From an uncultured archaeon (GTDB lineage Archaea > Asgardarchaeota > Thorarchaeia > Thorarchaeales > Thorarchaeaceae): DNA of 64,000 nucleotides. Below are positions 58,785-64,000 of this stretch, piece after piece. The notes under the pieces are model-generated. The model worked only from the letters and a program-made list of their open reading frames with translations. It did not search any database and was not told the DNA's origin. The number at the start of each line of letters is the position of its first letter. Positions within the stretch are counted from its first letter, which is position 1. Both the position numbers and the translations under genes were made by a program. Where the stretch lies: NCBI GenBank assembly GCA_964473825.1, contig CAYYQL010000003.1, positions 10,627 to 74,626 of the forward strand, read 5' to 3'.

Positions 58785-59123
58785 TTGGTGTCCATATTGA
58801 ATGAGAACGAGTCAGAGAGCGAAAAGACCCCAGAGGAGATTCGCAAATCCCTCAATGATATGGTGAGGAGGTTGGACCAAGTATCTGAGTCTAGTGAAAG
58901 TTGGCGAGCCTCTGTGGACCAGAACAAGACACGGTGGGAGGAACTCAAGACCAAGATACATACTCGGCAGAAGGCACTCAAGCGGCTGGTCATGGATAAG
59001 AAGGCCGGTCTGATCGGCTCTGAGGAGTTTGACCGCAAGTATCGGGAGATTCAAGACGAACTGACTGGTCTGGAATTTGAAGTGTACAATCTCCGCCTTG
59101 GAACATCGGCGAAGTCTGAGTGA
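58785..59123 (+). CDS. Small coiled-coil protein
   Basis: Charged heptad helices; KAGLIGSEEF turn. Confidence 0.65.
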   Translation: MVSILNENESESEKTPEEIRKSLNDMVRRLDQVSESSESWRASVDQNKTRWEELKTKIHTRQKALKRLVMDKKAGLIGSEEFDRKYREIQDELTGLEFEVYNLRLGTSAKSE

Positions 59124-59135
59124 CTAGGTTACCGT

Positions 59136-60227
59136 CTATTCCTCTCTTGCTCTTCTGTAGATTACCACACCCTCTAGCACTGCTATCAGGCCAAAGACAC
59201 CAGCTAAGCCTCCGAAGAGGATTGGAAATACAGAATCTGTACCTGCTCTTTCTCTGAATTCAAGTGCAGATGTAAGCGCACCAAGATTGTATGTCATCAC
59301 CGCCAAGTAGTCCGCCAAGCCTTCAAAGAAGACCGCTCTCCACCATACTAAGGTCCCTCCATAGTCCTCCACCATTTGCAACGCAAACTCTCCAGCAGCC
59401 TGCAGACGAGCAACATCGGAACCTAGGATCAACGAGATCGACCCATTCCTTAGAGCGTCCTGTACCTGAAGAAGTTCTTTTCCAGAGATCTGGATGTTTC
59501 CTTCTTGCAGATAGGCCACAGCCTCTATACCAAATGCTTCCGCCACGTAGGCCTCCGCTGGAAATACAGTGATGGCTTTCATGCTTGCGAATCCGTAGTC
59601 GCCATTGGTGGTTTCAACGAGGTTCTCGAAGGCTGTGACATCCTCCACAAAGCTCTCGAAGTTGTTATCAAAGAACCCTGATAGGCTGTCATCTATTGCC
59701 GATAACGCAACTCTCGTCGCATTGGCAATGGCTAGTGCATTTGTCGGAAGCAACCAGTACCCATGTGGATTCCCCTCGAGTTCGTGTTCTTCATGATCAT
59801 GCTCTTCATCTTCGTGGACCAATTCGAGGTCTCCCGGAAGAGGTGATAGTCTTGCACCGTAGTCGGTATAATTCTCAATTGCATCGGCATTTTGAAGGCT
59901 TATGAAGGGGTTTTCAGTCTGCTCGGACAGACTATCCTCCCATGGAAAATGTCCAGTGAAGACAAGTAGGTCGGCATTCTGAGCAGCGGCTACAGCCTCA
60001 GTTGGAAGCTGAGACGCATGAGGCTCCACCCCTTCTGGCAGAATGATGACAGTCTCGACAGAACCACCGCCTACTCTCTTGACAATGCCTCCAAGTGGGG
60101 CTATGGAGACCGCCACAGAATACGTGGGATCTTCTTGTGCTTCCACTCCCGATAGCAGGCCCAGCGGTCCTAGTGTTACCAGTATCATGATTAGTATGAC
60201 AGATCTTCGCTTTCTCATGAAGGACAC
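59136..60227 (-). CDS. ZnuA/TroA-type metal ABC substrate-binding protein with His-rich loop and C-terminal TM anchor
   Basis: GVEPH, HEDEEHDHEEHE and NPHGYWL motifs. Confidence 0.9.
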   Translation of the reverse strand: MSFMRKRRSVILIMILVTLGPLGLLSGVEAQEDPTYSVAVSIAPLGGIVKRVGGGSVETVIILPEGVEPHASQLPTEAVAAAQNADLLVFTGHFPWEDSLSEQTENPFISLQNADAIENYTDYGARLSPLPGDLELVHEDEEHDHEEHELEGNPHGYWLLPTNALAIANATRVALSAIDDSLSGFFDNNFESFVEDVTAFENLVETTNGDYGFASMKAITVFPAEAYVAEAFGIEAVAYLQEGNIQISGKELLQVQDALRNGSISLILGSDVARLQAAGEFALQMVEDYGGTLVWWRAVFFEGLADYLAVMTYNLGALTSALEFRERAGTDSVFPILFGGLAGVFGLIAVLEGVVIYRRAREE

Positions 60228-60233
60228 TCCATT

Positions 60234-60311
60234 TTATTAACTTCTCTGCATTGGTTAATAACACTGTGTCATGGATGCGCAGGTTATTAAGTGTTACGTC
60301 ATAGTTAATAA
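60234..60311. promoter_or_regulatory. Two palindromic putative NikR operators TTATTA-N16-TAATAA (60234-60261 and 60284-60311)
   Basis: Identical half-sites and spacing, 50 bp apart, in the divergent SBP/nikR intergenic region. Confidence 0.7.
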
Positions 60312-60366
60312 TCACGGGATTGCACTTTGCAAGTCAACGCTAGTAGAAATTGAGGTTGTGAGATAG

Positions 60367-60759
60367 TTGCCTATAGTAGCAGTATCAATGTCTGATGCTG
60401 ATTTGGAAGACCTAGAAGACCTTCAGTCAGAAGGAGGATTCTCCAGCAGGTCTGATGTTGTTCGGCATGGGATAAGGTCTCTCTTGGCAGAGCATAGGGA
60501 CCTTGAGGAACTGAGGGGTGAGATTAGCATAGTAATGACAGTGAGCTATGCATCGCAGGGCAAGGATGCTGTATGCAATCGCGTGCAACATGCCTATAGC
60601 AATCTCATCACTGCACTGATGCATTCTCATGCGTCAGACGGCCGTTGTGTCGACGTCTTGATGACCAAGGGGTCTGCTGAGAAGGTCAGAGAGTTTGTCA
60701 AGAACCTTCGTAGCCAGAGGCATGTAAACCAGATACAGATCACAGTCCTTGGGAGCTGA
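60367..60759 (+). CDS. nikR: NikR-family ribbon-helix-helix regulator
   Basis: IVAVSM...SRSDVVR RHH domain; QH...HSH...C metal ligands. Confidence 0.85.
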   Translation: MPIVAVSMSDADLEDLEDLQSEGGFSSRSDVVRHGIRSLLAEHRDLEELRGEISIVMTVSYASQGKDAVCNRVQHAYSNLITALMHSHASDGRCVDVLMTKGSAEKVREFVKNLRSQRHVNQIQITVLGS

Positions 60760-60765
60760 CAATAG

Positions 60766-61572
60766 TTGCGTGAGAATCATGTTCTCTTCGAGTCAGAGAA
60801 CCTCTGGGTCAAATACCCAAATGGCGAAGTTGCCCTTCACGATGTCACATTTCAAATCCAAGAACCAAGCTTTGTTGCAGTCATCGGCCCCAATGGATCC
60901 GGGAAGAGTACGCTGGTAAAGACAGCTCTTGGCCTGCTCAATCCATTTCGTGGGCGCATCGGATTATTTGGATATGACTCTGTGGAACAACCTGGCGAAA
61001 TTCGGAAAAGAGTTCGCTACTTACCCCAAAGAGATCGCATCGATGTTAACATCCCGATGAAAGTCATTGATATAGTCTTGATGGGCCGACTTCTGAAGAA
61101 GCGCCCCCCTCGCATAGCTTCTTCGACAGACAAGAAGATCTCAATGAGAGCACTGGAGAAGGTGAATATGGAGAAGCTCTGGGAGAGGCCATTTCCCGAG
61201 CTCTCCGGAGGGCAACGGCAGCGTGTCCTTGTTGCCAGAGCTCTTGCCAGCGAAGGCAAACTCCTACTGCTTGATGAGCCTCTCGCGGGGACTGACGTGG
61301 AGAGCCAGAATATGATTGTGGAAGCTCTCAAGGCTTACCATGAGGAGAACGACGTTAGCGTTATCATGGTGACCCACGACCTGAATCCGATACATACCTT
61401 GGTGCAAGATGTTCTATTGCTACAGAACACTGTGATAGGGGTTGGCACTCCATGTTCGATCATGGATCCGGAGCTTCTTCAGAAGGTGTATGGTCCAGAT
61501 GCGCGAGTTGTGGAATATGCGGGCCATCGCTATTGTGTGACGAGAGACTCGGGAGTTGACAGACATGCTTGA
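60766..61572 (+). CDS. Metal ABC transporter ATPase (ZnuC-like)
   Basis: GPNGSGKS, LSGGQRQR, LLLDEP and VTHD. Confidence 0.92.
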   Translation: MRENHVLFESENLWVKYPNGEVALHDVTFQIQEPSFVAVIGPNGSGKSTLVKTALGLLNPFRGRIGLFGYDSVEQPGEIRKRVRYLPQRDRIDVNIPMKVIDIVLMGRLLKKRPPRIASSTDKKISMRALEKVNMEKLWERPFPELSGGQRQRVLVARALASEGKLLLLDEPLAGTDVESQNMIVEALKAYHEENDVSVIMVTHDLNPIHTLVQDVLLLQNTVIGVGTPCSIMDPELLQKVYGPDARVVEYAGHRYCVTRDSGVDRHA

Positions 61573-62524
61573 GATAATTGAAATCATATTGACTACACCC
61601 TTCTTGCAGCGGGCTCTGATTGGTGCTGTTCTAGTTGCCCTAGTGGCATCGGCTAGTGGGACGTTTCTTGTATTCAGAGGTCTCTCCTTTATGACGGCGG
61701 GAGTTGCACATGCAGCATTGGGGGGAGCTGCGCTGGGTCTTTTCCTTCAAGAGAGCGGACTCGTCCCATGGTTTGATCCGATTCTGGGCGCTCTGTCTTT
61801 CGCAGTGTTTGTCGCTCTTGTCACTGGTCATGCTGGAGAATCAGGTATTGCACAGAAGATGGAGGTTGCCGTGGGTGTATCATTCGCCCTCTCTATGAGC
61901 ATCGCGGTCTTCTTGATGTACTATATCCCCCCAACCCAGGTTCCTCAAATCTGGGGCTATCTTATCGGCGATATTCTGCTGCTCAATAACTTTGACGTAG
62001 TTATGCTCGCTCTCACGGCACTGATTCTAGTTGTCATCACGGCGGTCTTCAACAAAGAGTTCATCTATGTCAGTGTGGATATGGAGGGTTCGTTGGCCCA
62101 CGGGATGAATGCGCGGGCGTATCACTATCTCATGCTGATTACATCTGCTCTGGCAATTGCACTTGCCACAAAGGCGGTTGGGGCGATTCTTGTCTATGCG
62201 ATTCTTGTTGCTCCGGCGGCAGCAGCAAATGAGCTTCTTAATTCGGTTAGGGGTGTTGTGCTCGGAGTCTTCACAGTAGCTCTTCTCTCGGAGCTAGTCG
62301 GGATTGTTTCCTCGTTTGCATTCAGAGCATCACCAAGTGCGATTGCCGGGATTCTAGCCGCAATGTCATATGTTGTTGCCATGCAGGTGAAACGCCATCG
62401 GGAGAAGGTCCGCGTATCTAGAGAAACAAAGATGAAGCATCCCATGATAGATAGATTCCTTTCGGAACGCAATGAAGTCACGGCTACAGGCTCGTTTCAC
62501 GACGATAAGACGACTAGCAGTTGA
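61556..62524 (+). CDS. Metal ABC transporter permease (ZnuB-like)
   Basis: AGVAHAALGG, YLIGDIL and KAVGAILV motifs. Confidence 0.92.
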   Translation: MTDMLEIIEIILTTPFLQRALIGAVLVALVASASGTFLVFRGLSFMTAGVAHAALGGAALGLFLQESGLVPWFDPILGALSFAVFVALVTGHAGESGIAQKMEVAVGVSFALSMSIAVFLMYYIPPTQVPQIWGYLIGDILLLNNFDVVMLALTALILVVITAVFNKEFIYVSVDMEGSLAHGMNARAYHYLMLITSALAIALATKAVGAILVYAILVAPAAAANELLNSVRGVVLGVFTVALLSELVGIVSSFAFRASPSAIAGILAAMSYVVAMQVKRHREKVRVSRETKMKHPMIDRFLSERNEVTATGSFHDDKTTSS

Positions 62525-62898
62525 CCGTTTCGTCATACAACTGCTTGTTCTATACTGCATATGGGCCTCTCTTGATACAGTGGATACATGGATGTCCCCT
62601 GTATTGATATCCGATCCCTATTCCAGTTCCCAGTGCGCAAGTTGGATGGGCTGGTCATAGTCTGTGAAGGGTATCGTTTTGTTTCTGGGCCCAATACTGA
62701 CGGGTTGTATGGTAATGCTTGGTGCGTCTGTTCCATTTTACTTCAAGACAGGGGAGAATCTAGTTTTGTTGCTGTTAATACTGAAGCTACCTAATCCTAG
62801 TGCGGAGGTGGCCTCCGAGGTCTGATACGCGAGTCGGTCTGTCGGTATCTTTAAGTAAGGTACGTAGATTTGCCGACTTACGTTCGGTGAGAGCGATA

Positions 62899-63297
62899 AT
62901 GAGTGACAGAATACCCGAGAGAAGCGAGATTGTACGCTCTAGTGTTATCACCATCATCTTTGCGGTGGTGCCTCTCATTTTGGCTATTGCCTTCTGGGCT
63001 TGGTCGTCACCAGATATCATTAATCAGACGATTGTGGGAACGATAAACAACATCAACCCGTATATCACCTATGTCCTTGAGATTGTCTTCATGGCTTTCT
63101 TCTTCTTCTTCACGACGGTCACCATAGTCAATCTCAGGCTCTTCGTGACAACAGTAAGATCGGGTTGGGCAGAGGTCCTGCTCATGCTCATCGTCACTGG
63201 CGTGCTGTCATATGCAATGTTTGGAGCCGGGGTAATGGGAGCAACAATTGTGTTCTGTCTTGCTTTCATAGTGTACCTCTATCTACTACAAGAGTAG
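62899..63297 (+). CDS. Small membrane protein (about 4 TM helices)
   Basis: Hydrophobic helices; start reassigned to ATG 62899, which follows GGTGA. Confidence 0.65.
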   Translation: MSDRIPERSEIVRSSVITIIFAVVPLILAIAFWAWSSPDIINQTIVGTINNINPYITYVLEIVFMAFFFFFTTVTIVNLRLFVTTVRSGWAEVLLMLIVTGVLSYAMFGAGVMGATIVFCLAFIVYLYLLQE

Positions 63298-63516
63298 ATT
63301 ATAGAGAGTTCTTCCCGCTATGTCCGATAAATTTTCATCAATACCAGAAGCTTTATGTGGCTACTGCAGAGCTTACCGAATTGAGCTTGGTCAGCCAAAG
63401 AGCTGCAGGCACAAATACCAATACCGGTCTATATCGTCATTCCTGAATTGACAGATTAGTTCAATAACCAATCTTCTGTCTTCCGGACTGTCACAAGAGA
63501 CCTTGGAGGAACGACT

Positions 63517-64000
63517 ATGTTTGGAATTTCGGGCGGCCAGGGATATGATATGTCAACTAGCATCTTCAGCCCTGAAGGACGCATATTCGCCGCAGAATAC
63601 GCAAAGAAAGCTGTAGAGCAGGGGGCCACATCTATAGGCGTCCTTGTTGATGAGGGTATCGTCTTGCTTGCAGAGAAGCGAGTCATGCCTCTTCAAGAAC
63701 CGGACAGTGTAGAGAAGATTTCCAAGATTGATGATCACATCGGTGTGGCGACCTCGGGGTTCATGGCTGATGCAAGGCGTCTCCTTCAGGAGGCCCGTGT
63801 CAAGGCTCAGTCGTACTGGCTCACTTACGAGGAGGAGATCCCTGCAGAGGCTCTAGCAGATCATATCTGTGACATAAAGGCGAAGTTCACCCAGGGTGGT
63901 GGTGCACGACCCTACGGTGTAGCCATGATAATTGGCTCAGTTGACTCTGATGATTCTCCACGACTGTTCGTCACTGACCCTGTGGGCACCTCTTGGGGAT
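63517..64000 (+). CDS. psmA: Proteasome alpha subunit, partial (runs off the window end; absent from the ORF track)
   Basis: MFGISGGQGYDMSTSIFSPEGRIFAAEYA...EKISKIDDHIG...GFMADAR...RPYGVA...LFVTDP; GGAGG SD. Confidence 0.92.
   Translation, partial: MFGISGGQGYDMSTSIFSPEGRIFAAEYAKKAVEQGATSIGVLVDEGIVLLAEKRVMPLQEPDSVEKISKIDDHIGVATSGFMADARRLLQEARVKAQSYWLTYEEEIPAEALADHICDIKAKFTQGGGARPYGVAMIIGSVDSDDSPRLFVTDPVGTSWG

Noticed and set aside
1-64000. Numerous 60-220 aa ORFs overlapping the annotated genes, plus possible tRNA, rRNA and CRISPR features
   Set aside because: The ORFs are antisense or alternate-frame shadows without motifs. No cloverleaf, rRNA signature or regularly spaced repeat array was found by eye; tRNAscan-SE and Infernal were not run.

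Overview
This 64-kb window looks like an archaeal chromosome segment. An Asgard (Thorarchaeia-like) origin is inferred from gene content only: a proteasome alpha subunit, multiple Hdr loci, a short AlaRS and tandem Lrp-type regulators. It is gene-dense and dominated by anaerobic energy metabolism: two 2-oxoacid:ferredoxin oxidoreductases, three hdrCB pairs, two large HdrA-type flavoproteins (one fused to MvhD), a group 3b [NiFe]-hydrogenase operon and an aldehyde:ferredoxin oxidoreductase. It also carries a NikR-linked metal ABC transporter, alaS, a subtilisin and ahcY. The main discovery is that ahcY (SAH hydrolase) is interrupted by a 31-nt insert (18789-18819, minus strand) that folds into a canonical bulge-helix-bulge (BHB) motif. 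Cutting at the standard splicing-endonuclease positions restores both the reading frame and the conserved GHPSEVMDLSF motif, so this is a candidate tRNA-type intron in a metabolic mRNA. Other notable items are two tandem genes for a 20-aa Lys-rich micro-peptide, a ~5.3-kb accessory island bounded by a diverged duplicate of the hdrA-mvhD 3' end, and two 6-16-6 palindromic operators next to nikR. No tRNA, rRNA, CRISPR array, transposase or integrase was recognised by eye.
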